A program made the position numbers and the translations under genes. Below, one piece after another: positions 38,680 to 47,016 of a DNA stretch of 60,535 nt. Under the pieces are notes generated by a model, which was not told the DNA's origin, did no database searches, and saw only the letters and a program-made list of their open reading frames with translations. The DNA lies in NCBI GenBank assembly GCA_041497975.1, contig JBGQHN010000002.1:1-60535 (forward strand), written 5' to 3'. Within the stretch, counting starts at the first letter, position 1. Every line of letters begins with the position of its first letter. The DNA is from Planctomycetia bacterium. GTDB lineage: Bacteria > Planctomycetota > Planctomycetia > Pirellulales > PALSA-1355.

Positions 38680-40428
38680 TCATTCGCCCTCGGACGGTGT
38701 CCAGAGCAAGTCGACGTAATGCGCCCCGGCGGTGATGCCCCCGCGTTCGACGCTGGCTTCCACTCTGGCCTCACCGGCTTCGAGCTGGACGGATTCGAAC
38801 GTGGCCTGCTCGAGGCCGGCTGAAAGCGGCCGGGTCATTTCCGTCGTGCCGATTCGCAAGCGCGCGGTGCTTTCAGCTTTCGCGGCCGGCGTGCGAACCG
38901 ATATGTCGTATCGCCCGGACGTGGCGACTACCACGGTCCAGTATCCCAGGCCGTCGTTGCGCCAATTGGCTTTGGGACCGCGCCAATCCTGACGCGTCAA
39001 GGTGACCGGGTTTTCGTGCTCGGTGCCGACGATGATTTTCGGCGCTGGATATCCGCGCGTGCCGCTGACATTGTCAAACCACACTTCGTAGGCCGCCTTC
39101 ATCTTGGCGGCAATCTCCGGGCGCGAATCGATGATATTGCGCGATTCCTCCGGGTCAGACGACATGTCGTAGAGCGCCCAAGCCGGCGCGAACGAAGCCT
39201 GGTCGTTGCGACCCTCGGGCTGAACCAGTTTGTAGCGTGGCCCGCGCACGGCGCACGCCCGAAACCGTTCGGGTTGATCGCCGCGGTGCCACTGAAAGAA
39301 CAACAGCCGCTCGGCGAGCGAGGCCTGCTCGCCTCGCAAAATCGGCAGCAGGCTCACGCCGTCGAATTCCACATTGGCCGGGCGCGAGATCTGACAGGCC
39401 TCGAGTAGCGTGGGCGTGAGGTCGATATGCGCGGCGACCGCGTCGACCTTGCGACCCGCCGCGAATTTTCCCGGCCAACGCAGGAGGCACGGCACGCGAA
39501 TGCCGCCGTCGTGCACCGAACCCTTTAGATCGTTCAAGATGCCGTTGTAACGCCGGACCTGGGGACCGTTATCCGTCAGGAAGACAACAATCGTGTTGTC
39601 GACCAACTTGAGCTCTTCGAGCTTCGCGAACAACCGCCCCAAGTTATCGTCGATGTTGGCAATCATGCCGTACAGCCTGGCCGTGTCGTCCGGCAATGAC
39701 ATCCCCTGGTATCGCCGGTGATACTCCGCGGGCACTTGCAACGGAGTGTGCGGGCAATTGAAGGCCAGGTAGGCAAAGAACGATTCATCGCGATGCGCGG
39801 TGATAAAGCGCATCGCCGCTTCGGTGAAAACGTCGCTGCAATATCCGCGCGATTTCACTTCCTTGCCATTGTGGAGCAGCACGGGATCAAAGTAGCTGTT
39901 TCCCGGCGGATCGGCGGGCTGGCCGATACCGCCGCCACGATGGACCAGGGCCTCGGCGAACCCTTGATCGATGGGGCGCGAGGGATAGTTGTCGCCCAAG
40001 TGCCACTTGCCGAAGATTCCGGTTTGATACCCGGCTGCGGACATGATTTCGGCGATGGTCGTTTCATCGGCGGCCATCGTCGATCGGCCCAAGTACGTAT
40101 CGATCGCGCCTGTGCGGTAGTTGTATCGACCCGTCATCAAACTGGCCCGCGTCGGGCTGCAAACAGGCGAGACATGAAACCGCGTCAATTCCAGGCTCTC
40201 GGCGGCAAGGCGATCGAGATGCGGCGTTTTCAGATGCGGATTTTCGTGGAAGCCAAAATCTCCCCACCCCTGATCGTCCGTCATGATCAACAGGACATTA
40301 GGTCGCGGCGCGCCGGCCGCCACAGCAAGGTGGCCAAAAATAGACGAGACAGCCAGAACGAGAGTACAACTAAGTCGATTCATTGATTGGTTGCTCAGAA
40401 AATGCCCCAAGGACTGAACACGCATCAA
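38680..40428 (-). CDS. Arylsulfatase (formylglycine-dependent sulfatase family)
   Basis: LLIMTDDQGWGD and the CSPTRASLMTGR FGly-modification motif are present, with GKWHLG and FLTDNGP. A signal-like N-terminus is present. Confidence 0.9.
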   Translation of the reverse strand: MMRVQSLGHFLSNQSMNRLSCTLVLAVSSIFGHLAVAAGAPRPNVLLIMTDDQGWGDFGFHENPHLKTPHLDRLAAESLELTRFHVSPVCSPTRASLMTGRYNYRTGAIDTYLGRSTMAADETTIAEIMSAAGYQTGIFGKWHLGDNYPSRPIDQGFAEALVHRGGGIGQPADPPGNSYFDPVLLHNGKEVKSRGYCSDVFTEAAMRFITAHRDESFFAYLAFNCPHTPLQVPAEYHRRYQGMSLPDDTARLYGMIANIDDNLGRLFAKLEELKLVDNTIVVFLTDNGPQVRRYNGILNDLKGSVHDGGIRVPCLLRWPGKFAAGRKVDAVAAHIDLTPTLLEACQISRPANVEFDGVSLLPILRGEQASLAERLLFFQWHRGDQPERFRACAVRGPRYKLVQPEGRNDQASFAPAWALYDMSSDPEESRNIIDSRPEIAAKMKAAYEVWFDNVSGTRGYPAPKIIVGTEHENPVTLTRQDWRGPKANWRNDGLGYWTVVVATSGRYDISVRTPAAKAESTARLRIGTTEMTRPLSAGLEQATFESVQLEAGEARVEASVERGGITAGAHYVDLLWTPSEGE

Positions 40429-40807
40429 GATAGCCTAACACGCGAGGCGTCGCTGTACGTCCGCGATGCGGGCCAAGGAGCCTTAATTCCTGTCGCGGCA
40501 CAACGACGAGCGGACAACTCGCCGATTCGGCCCTTGAAATAACCATGCTTTTGGGGGCGGTTTCAAAACGTCAGGCAAGCCCCGGAAAAGTACCCGCGCG
40601 GCTTGCAGTCCGCTGTGGACTGGTCAACAATACGGCCATCTGGCGCAACGGTCCGATTGATGGTCCCGCCACGACGTCCGTCGGTTACAACACCGCTCGT
40701 CCCCGCCCGCTTTACCTCAATCGCCTCGTTCGATTCGTTTACCGCTGAAAGTACGCATCGCCAGATAAGCACTGCCGGCCGTTGAACTTCTTTGATAGGA
40801 CCCACAC

Positions 40808-42775
40808 ATGATTCGTAAATCGCGATTTGGCCGCTCCGCACGAGCACAGGCTAACAACAACGCCGCACGGCCGGAGTACTTCCGCCCACGTCTCGAGCCG
40901 CTCGAAGAACGCAAATTGCTAACGACCAACGACCTGATGATCAGCACTTACGAGGACACCGGCGGACTGACAGTGCTGCGCTACAACGAAATCACGCACC
41001 AGGCAGTGCCGGGCGGAGTCGCGTATGGCGATCATAACGTGCGCACGGCGCAGGGCCTGGCCGTCGATGGCGCGGACGCCTCATACTACGTTAGCAGCGT
41101 GGGCCCGGCGTTCACAGAACCGCAGGTCACGCATTACGACGCGGACGGTACCTTCTTAAACACGATTCCCGGGTCGATCTTTTTTCCGGGAACGTTGATA
41201 TTTGGGCCCAACGGAAATTTGTACATTGGAGATATCGGGGCGCAGTCGATCCATCAAGTCGACCCTGGTACTCAAACCATCGTTAAGTCCACGTTTGTGG
41301 GTTTTGCCCCTGGCGGAATTACGTTTGCCTCGGACGATCAGGACCTGATCGTGGGCAATCTCGACCAACAGTCGGTGGTGCGCTATGACAGCGACTCGCC
41401 GAATACCGGTGACACGCCAACGACACTCGTCAACCCGGGAAGCGGCATCAACCCGGCCGGATTCTTGATCCGCCCGAGCGACGGGGACTTGCTGATCGCG
41501 GACTTCGATTTTGGACAAGAGCCGCAGTCGCACCATCGAGTCGTAAGGCACGACTTCCAGGGTGCTCAGGGAAACTTCGATACATTAATCGATATTCCCG
41601 CCGACGACGAACAGAGTCTTCCGCCACAACCGCTGTCGCTACTCGTGGACCACGGCGATTTGCTGGTCGGGATGTCGCCCGACCACTTGCTGAACGGTTC
41701 CGTGCGACAATACGACATCGATACCGGCGCATTCATCGAAACCATTCTTTCGGGAATCGGCACGCCGTCGGCACTTGCCTTCGCTCCCTCGATCAACTCC
41801 GTGGTGGCTGGCCGCCACTTGTTCTACAACGAATCGGGCACCGGCGGCGCGACGGTTCGTTACGACGGAAATGACCTGGCAATCAATTCGCTCGATGACA
41901 ACGCCATCGCCACCGACAAGGTGGCTTACCTGCCAGGGACGGGCCCGGCCACGTTCGCCAACGTCTCCAGCTACTCCAAAGGCATCAACGGCATCATGAT
42001 CGACCTGGCCGGGGCTCACGGGTCGATTTCAACGTCTGACTTTATCTTCAAAGTCGGCAACAACAATACGCCCAGCGCTTGGTCCAATGCCAACGCCCCG
42101 ACCAGTGTTTCGGTGCGTGCCGGCGCCGGCGTCAGCGGCTCGGACCGCGTCGAGATCACCTGGAATTCCGGCGCTCCGACCAAAGCGTGGTTGGAAGTCA
42201 TCGTGTTGGCCAATGCCAACACGGGTCTGGTACAAAAGGCGGGCTACCCCGCCGTCCAGGGCGACGTGTTCTTTTTCGGCAATGCCTTGGGCAATTCCGG
42301 GGCCGGCGACACGGTGATCAACTCCACGGTCAACGCGATTGACGAAGGCAGCGCGCGCAACAATCCACAGGTGGTCGGCAACAACATTCCGATCACGAAC
42401 CTGTACGACTTCAATCGCAACGCGATTGTCAACGCCGTCGACGAAGGCATTTCGCGCAACAACGCCACCAATTCGTCGACCGTGTTGAAGTACATCAACA
42501 TCGGCAGTCCGCCCTCGGCGCCCGAGGGGGATGGCGGCGTCGCTTCGGCCCTGGCCGCCCCGGCCACGTTGACCTCTCAAACCTTCTCCGCGAACGGGAA
42601 CCAGGTCTCCGTGCATTTGACGGTCGTCGGGTCGAATCCCGAGCTGGTTGCAAGCTTCTGGCAGCACGTGGCGCGCGACAGCGCGCGAATCGTGCGCGGT
42701 CATCGCTCGCCGGTCGATTCGATTGTCCACAAGTGGGAATGGCTCGAAGACCTGGTTGATTCCATCTTCGAGTAA
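40808..42775 (+). CDS. Putative secreted beta-propeller (NHL/SMP-30-like) protein with dockerin-like repeats
   Basis: The N-terminal RPRLEPLEERKLLT leader is typical of Planctomycete extracellular proteins. Repeated GPNGNLYIGD / DLIVGN / DLLIAD / DLLVGM blade-like motifs are present. The pair NSTVNAIDEGSARNN and DFNRNAIVNAVDEGISRNN resembles dockerin-type Ca-binding repeats. Confidence 0.6.
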   Translation: MIRKSRFGRSARAQANNNAARPEYFRPRLEPLEERKLLTTNDLMISTYEDTGGLTVLRYNEITHQAVPGGVAYGDHNVRTAQGLAVDGADASYYVSSVGPAFTEPQVTHYDADGTFLNTIPGSIFFPGTLIFGPNGNLYIGDIGAQSIHQVDPGTQTIVKSTFVGFAPGGITFASDDQDLIVGNLDQQSVVRYDSDSPNTGDTPTTLVNPGSGINPAGFLIRPSDGDLLIADFDFGQEPQSHHRVVRHDFQGAQGNFDTLIDIPADDEQSLPPQPLSLLVDHGDLLVGMSPDHLLNGSVRQYDIDTGAFIETILSGIGTPSALAFAPSINSVVAGRHLFYNESGTGGATVRYDGNDLAINSLDDNAIATDKVAYLPGTGPATFANVSSYSKGINGIMIDLAGAHGSISTSDFIFKVGNNNTPSAWSNANAPTSVSVRAGAGVSGSDRVEITWNSGAPTKAWLEVIVLANANTGLVQKAGYPAVQGDVFFFGNALGNSGAGDTVINSTVNAIDEGSARNNPQVVGNNIPITNLYDFNRNAIVNAVDEGISRNNATNSSTVLKYINIGSPPSAPEGDGGVASALAAPATLTSQTFSANGNQVSVHLTVVGSNPELVASFWQHVARDSARIVRGHRSPVDSIVHKWEWLEDLVDSIFE

Positions 42776-42846
42776 GTCACTTGAAATGCCGTCGTCCGCC
42801 CGCACAGCAGATCGCAGTATTCTGCAAGCGCCGGCGCCAGGCCGCG

Positions 42847-43152
42847 TCAGGGTGACGCCCGTCGATAGCCGATTCCCGGTTCCGTGAGCAGGAACCGCGG
42901 TTGGGCCGGATTCGCCTCGACTTTTCTCCGGAGCTGAGCCATATCGACGCGCAGATAGTGCGTCTCGAACACGCTGTCGGGACCCCACACTTCCTTGAGC
43001 AGTTGACGGTGCGTAATTACCTTGCCGGCGTGCTTAATAAGCGTTGTCCGCTCGCAATTAACGCACATCAGTCGGTCGCGGTTCAACCGTTTGATAGCCT
43101 GCATCCTGGCAGATGGGCTGGGTACGGTTGTTTCTGCACCCCGCATGCGCAT
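42847..43152 (-). CDS. Orphan KdpE/OmpR-type winged-helix DNA-binding domain ORF (no receiver domain; possibly a remnant or frameshifted fusion partner)
   Basis: AGKVITHRQLLKEVWGPDSVFETHYLRVDMAQLRRKVEANPAQPRFLLTEPGIGYR aligns by eye with the E. coli KdpE C-terminus (AGKVLTQRQLLNQVWGPNAVEHSHYLRIYMGHLRQKLEQDPARPRHFITETGIGYRF). The N-terminal part of the domain looks shortened. It overlaps the upstream PilZ ORF by 95 nt in another frame. Confidence 0.5.
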   Translation of the reverse strand: MRMRGAETTVPSPSARMQAIKRLNRDRLMCVNCERTTLIKHAGKVITHRQLLKEVWGPDSVFETHYLRVDMAQLRRKVEANPAQPRFLLTEPGIGYRRASP

Positions 43153-43819
43153 GTTCGTTCAACGGCTCTTGCTGAGTCTGCAGGTGCAACGTGCGCAGGA
43201 CTTGATAGTCGGCGGCGCGCATAAACTGACAGCCCGCGAAGCGGTTGGGCCCGACAGCAAGCGTCCAGCGGACCTTGAGTGGAATGCGAACCTCGCGCCC
43301 GGAAATGGATCCAAAGACGCAAACGTGACGCGTGCTGTGCGGCGCCTCGCTGGTCGTCAAACAGAGTCCCCCTTCGGAGAAATCGCTGACGATGGCGGGA
43401 AGCCGCGCCTGCCCGGGTTGCAACTGCACTTGCACCGGAATGCGACTTCGTTCCCGCACCGACGAACGGCGATTCAATACTCCGCTGTCAAGAAAGTCCT
43501 GAAATGCTTCGTCCGAAAGTGGCGTCGCGAAGCGGCATCCCAACAGCCAGTCTCCGGCCGCGTCGGGACGCGCCCAATGAATCTCGGACGGCAAATCAAA
43601 CACCCGCTTCAGCCGGTGGCTCTTGAGCGAAATGCGGCACTCGTAGCGCAACTCGGGCGGACCCGTGACGAGCAGCTTAGCGCCCAGCTTCGAGATCTCG
43701 CGCAGCTCGGCAACCACTTCGCCGGGTGCAGTGGAATCTTTCGGAAGAATCGCGGCCTGAACCAGCTCGGGATTGACCAGCGAATAACGTCGCTGTCGGC
43801 GTAGTGGCAAGTTTGTCAC
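43058..43819 (-). CDS. Tandem PilZ-domain protein (putative c-di-GMP receptor)
   Basis: Two RxxxR + D/E-x-S-x-x-G pairs are present: RRQRRYS...ELREISKLGAKL and RRSSVRERSRI...VSDFSEGGLCL. Each is followed by a beta-rich segment. Confidence 0.75.
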   Translation of the reverse strand: MTNLPLRRQRRYSLVNPELVQAAILPKDSTAPGEVVAELREISKLGAKLLVTGPPELRYECRISLKSHRLKRVFDLPSEIHWARPDAAGDWLLGCRFATPLSDEAFQDFLDSGVLNRRSSVRERSRIPVQVQLQPGQARLPAIVSDFSEGGLCLTTSEAPHSTRHVCVFGSISGREVRIPLKVRWTLAVGPNRFAGCQFMRAADYQVLRTLHLQTQQEPLNEHAHAGCRNNRTQPICQDAGYQTVEPRPTDVR

Positions 43820-44243
43820 GGCGCAGCTCGCTTGTGAAGGGTTTCGATCAATTGCTACTGACGATATGGAACTTTAGGTCACGTCTAATGGCTTGCCGAA
43901 CAAACCCAACGATCGTTCCGGGAGATTGGGTCCCGTTTTTTAGCGCCAGGGAAGAGCGCACGGCAACGCCTGGCATCGCCGACACCTCGTTCGGGCGTCG
44001 CGACGGCATTCAATATCCCTCTTCATTCGCATTCTCGAAACCATCCGTACAACCGATCCGGCCAACGCTGCTTTCGTCGATTTCGTGATCCGCAAAACGA
44101 TCGCCCCGTTGTCAACAATCCCGTAAAAAGCGGAGAAATTCGTAGACAAGTGGCCTGTCGAATTGGCATAATCGACTGGCCGTCTCTTCGTATCTCGCCG
44201 GTCTGAGACACGATCATCTCTCGCGTTAAAGGCGCAACGCATC

Positions 44244-46928
44244 ATGGCGAACGTGACTGATCCCAATCCGTGGGGAGCGATTCCGCTGTCCGATTCCCAG
44301 CGCCATGTGCAGGCTTCGCAGCAGCACGTTGTGCCGCAGCAGTCCAATCACGACGCGTGGTTGCTCAAGGAGAGTTACCGAGCGGAACAGGAGTTCAAAA
44401 CCGTGGAATTGTCGACGGCATTGCACAATCTGTTCGATATCGCGCACGACCAGGTCGTTTGGAATCTGTCGTCCTCACGATCGACGGGTCCGCCAGGCGA
44501 CGAACAATACATTCGCGTCGATCCGCGTCACGGCTACGGGCCGGCTATCGCCCGCTCGGTGAGCGCCGCAAAAATCGAGACCAGCGAACACGCCGGCTCG
44601 AACTCCTGGCTGATCATCGTGGATGAAGCGCGCGATTTGCTGGTCGGAGACCGCATCGATCAACTCGAAACTGCGCTCGAGCAAGTACCACGGATCCTGC
44701 TTGTGGCCTGTGAGGATGAAGAAGCGCCGGGTTCGGCGGCGTCCGACGTCGAAGAAGCCAGCGCCCGCCGCGCCGTTGAAATCAGCGCTCGATTGCGTTT
44801 CGAATACGTCGGACCGATCGCGGAGGGCGATTCGCGCTGCTTGCTGGAAACGCTCGCGCAAATCAAGCAGCTGGGCCGCCCCACGCTGTTGCACTTGAAA
44901 ACAAACCCTCGCTCGGGAACCCGGCTCGAGCCGCACCCCACGGACGATTCGCCGGCGCTTGACGCTGTCCAACAGACCGAACCGGCCGTCGGATTGCCGC
45001 GCCACGTAGCCAGCGAGCAACTGGCGCAACTGGCGCGCGACGATGGCCGCGTCGTCGCCGTCTCGACAGACTTGGACATAAGCTTGCTGGGCCCCTGGAC
45101 GACGATCCCCAATCGCATGTTCCCGGTCGCCTCGGGCGTACCCCACGCTCTCGAGTGGTGCGCCAGTCTGGCCGCGGGCGGAAGTCGTCCATTCGCGTTT
45201 CTCTCTTGGGAAGAGTTGCAAAACTGTTTCGGCGACGTGCGTCAGAGCATCTGCCTGAAACGCGCCGCCGTGACTTTGATTGTCGAACCCCGACGGCAGA
45301 CGACGGGCGCCGAACGCGTCTCGTCGGCGGGACTGGCCGGAATTCGACAATTGCCCCATACCTCGTTGCTGTCGCCAAAAGACGCCAACGAATTGCGGCA
45401 AATGCTCGCCTGGTGCGCGTCGCAGCATGATCCGGTCGTGATCTGGCTGCCGCAAGGCGTCGAACCACAAGTTGCCCTGACACACTCATCGCCGGTCGTC
45501 CTCGGACAAGCCGAGCAATTGACCGAGGGTTTTGACGTCGCGATCGTGGCCTGGGGCCCGCAAGTGGCCGCGGCACACGCGGCAGCCGCAAAGCTGGCGC
45601 AACAAGGAATCGGCGCGACGATCGTCAATGCGCGCTTCGCGCAGCCGTTGGACCTCGACACGATCGCGCGGGCCGTGCGCGGTGCGCAGTGCGCCGTGTT
45701 GGTCGACGACGCCGACGCTCGAGGAGGCTTTAGCAGTTGGGTGCTGGAGCACTTGCTCCGTCTGGGCGTCACGCAGCCCGTGTCGATCCTTGGGCCTCAA
45801 GAGCGCTCGCTCGACCAGGTCGACGTCCAAAACCAGCTCGCGGTTGCCATTTTTGAACACTGCCGCTGGCTGTCCGCGCCGATATTGCCGGGCCTGACGG
45901 TCGAAGCGCCCTTACCGGTGGTAACCCCCGTCGAGTGCAAGGCGGTGGGGACCAACTGGGCGACCTACCTTGGCGGGCAGGCCGAGCGAATGGCTCGCGA
46001 GCGGGCGCAAATCCAAGCCCGGCAACTATCTTCCGATGTTCGGCGGTGGGTCGTGGCCTACGAGGAAATCGGGTCGCGTGACCTATATTTGTGGAAGTGG
46101 TGCATGCACGGAGTTGAGCTTACGACGCTGCCTTGCGTCCTGCCCGAATTCCGCGCGCACGTGTGCGACACGAAAGTACTGTCCATCGTGCTGTGCGTGC
46201 TGTTGGACGATGTTGCCGACCAGCATGGTGACAGTCACCTGCTGGATGCCTTGCTGGAGATGACATGTTGGGGGGTTTCCCGTTCGTTGCGGGGGTTGAG
46301 CGCTGTGGAGCGAAGGCACGCGGAGCTGACCCGCCGCTTGTGGGCAGAATATCAGGCGCGCATTGCCGGCTACCCGTGTTACCACACGTTCGAGCCGGTG
46401 TTGCGTTACGACTTGCTGCAGTTTTTCAACACGATGCGTTATTCCTACCTGGTGAACGGACGGCCCTATCTGTTGAACATGGTGGAGCACGACTTATACA
46501 CCTCGCACAACATGATGATGATTAGCTTCGCCATGCTCGACTTGATGTGCAGCCCGGGATTTCCGCAGGCGGAAGTGGGCACGCTGCGCGAGGCGATGTG
46601 GCACGCGCAATGCATGGGGCGAATTGGAAACCTTCTGAGCACGTGGCGGCGCGAGCTGGTCGATCGCGATTTCACCAGCGGCGTTTTTGCCCGCGCGATG
46701 ATGGAAGGCGACCTGACGCTGGACGAGCTCGAGCACGGCGACTCGACCAGGCTCGAGACGACTATTCGCGCACGGGGACACGAATCGTATTTCTTTCGCA
46801 AGTGGCTGGAACATCGCGAGCGATGCCACGCGAGCGCCCAGCGAATTCATTCGCTGGACTTGAAGTCAGTATTGGACGGACATGACCGATTTTTCGCAAT
46901 GCATTTGGGGAGCCAGGGTTTGATTTAG
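44244..46928 (+). CDS. Fusion protein: degenerate 1-deoxy-D-xylulose-5-phosphate synthase (DXS)-like region + class I terpene-synthase-like C-terminal domain
   Basis: Residues ~50-560 are collinear with DXS. Matches include VELSTALHNLFDIAHDQVVWNL, RFEYVGPIAEGDSRCLLETLAQIKQLGRPTLLHLKT, NRMFPVASGVPHALEWCASLAAGG, ANELRQMLAWC and ATIVNARFAQPLDLDTI. The ThDP motifs are substituted. Residues ~600-894 carry DDVAD (nt 46206-46220) and NLLSTWRRE (nt 46629-46655), about 140 residues apart. Confidence 0.8.
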   Translation: MANVTDPNPWGAIPLSDSQRHVQASQQHVVPQQSNHDAWLLKESYRAEQEFKTVELSTALHNLFDIAHDQVVWNLSSSRSTGPPGDEQYIRVDPRHGYGPAIARSVSAAKIETSEHAGSNSWLIIVDEARDLLVGDRIDQLETALEQVPRILLVACEDEEAPGSAASDVEEASARRAVEISARLRFEYVGPIAEGDSRCLLETLAQIKQLGRPTLLHLKTNPRSGTRLEPHPTDDSPALDAVQQTEPAVGLPRHVASEQLAQLARDDGRVVAVSTDLDISLLGPWTTIPNRMFPVASGVPHALEWCASLAAGGSRPFAFLSWEELQNCFGDVRQSICLKRAAVTLIVEPRRQTTGAERVSSAGLAGIRQLPHTSLLSPKDANELRQMLAWCASQHDPVVIWLPQGVEPQVALTHSSPVVLGQAEQLTEGFDVAIVAWGPQVAAAHAAAAKLAQQGIGATIVNARFAQPLDLDTIARAVRGAQCAVLVDDADARGGFSSWVLEHLLRLGVTQPVSILGPQERSLDQVDVQNQLAVAIFEHCRWLSAPILPGLTVEAPLPVVTPVECKAVGTNWATYLGGQAERMARERAQIQARQLSSDVRRWVVAYEEIGSRDLYLWKWCMHGVELTTLPCVLPEFRAHVCDTKVLSIVLCVLLDDVADQHGDSHLLDALLEMTCWGVSRSLRGLSAVERRHAELTRRLWAEYQARIAGYPCYHTFEPVLRYDLLQFFNTMRYSYLVNGRPYLLNMVEHDLYTSHNMMMISFAMLDLMCSPGFPQAEVGTLREAMWHAQCMGRIGNLLSTWRRELVDRDFTSGVFARAMMEGDLTLDELEHGDSTRLETTIRARGHESYFFRKWLEHRERCHASAQRIHSLDLKSVLDGHDRFFAMHLGSQGLI

Positions 46929-46930
46929 TC

Positions 46931-46977
46931 GCGCAGGCAAGTCGCCGAACCAGGGAAACGTGTTCGGCGGCCTGCGC
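46931..46977 (+). promoter_or_regulatory. Long interrupted GC-rich stem-loop in the 88-nt gap between the fusion gene and the sensor kinase gene
   Basis: GCGCAGGC (46931-38) pairs with GCCTGCGC (46970-77). CGCCGAAC (46943-50) pairs with GTTCGGCG (46962-69). That is 16 bp in total with an 11-nt loop and a 4-nt bulge. No T-run follows. Confidence 0.5.
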
Positions 46978-47016
46978 CGCGAACGGTAGAAGTGCTTGCC
47001 TCGGCCCGGATGAACT

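Noticed and set aside
42847-43152. Annotating the winged-helix ORF as kdpE
   Set aside because: It has no receiver domain, no kdpD or kdpFABC genes are in the window, and the N-terminal part of the DNA-binding domain is shortened. It is reported only as an orphan KdpE-like domain.
43804-44088. 94-aa ORF in the leader region upstream of the DXS-like fusion gene
   Set aside because: It has no recognisable motif and no convincing ribosome-binding site, and it overlaps the terminator-like hairpin. It is treated as non-coding leader.
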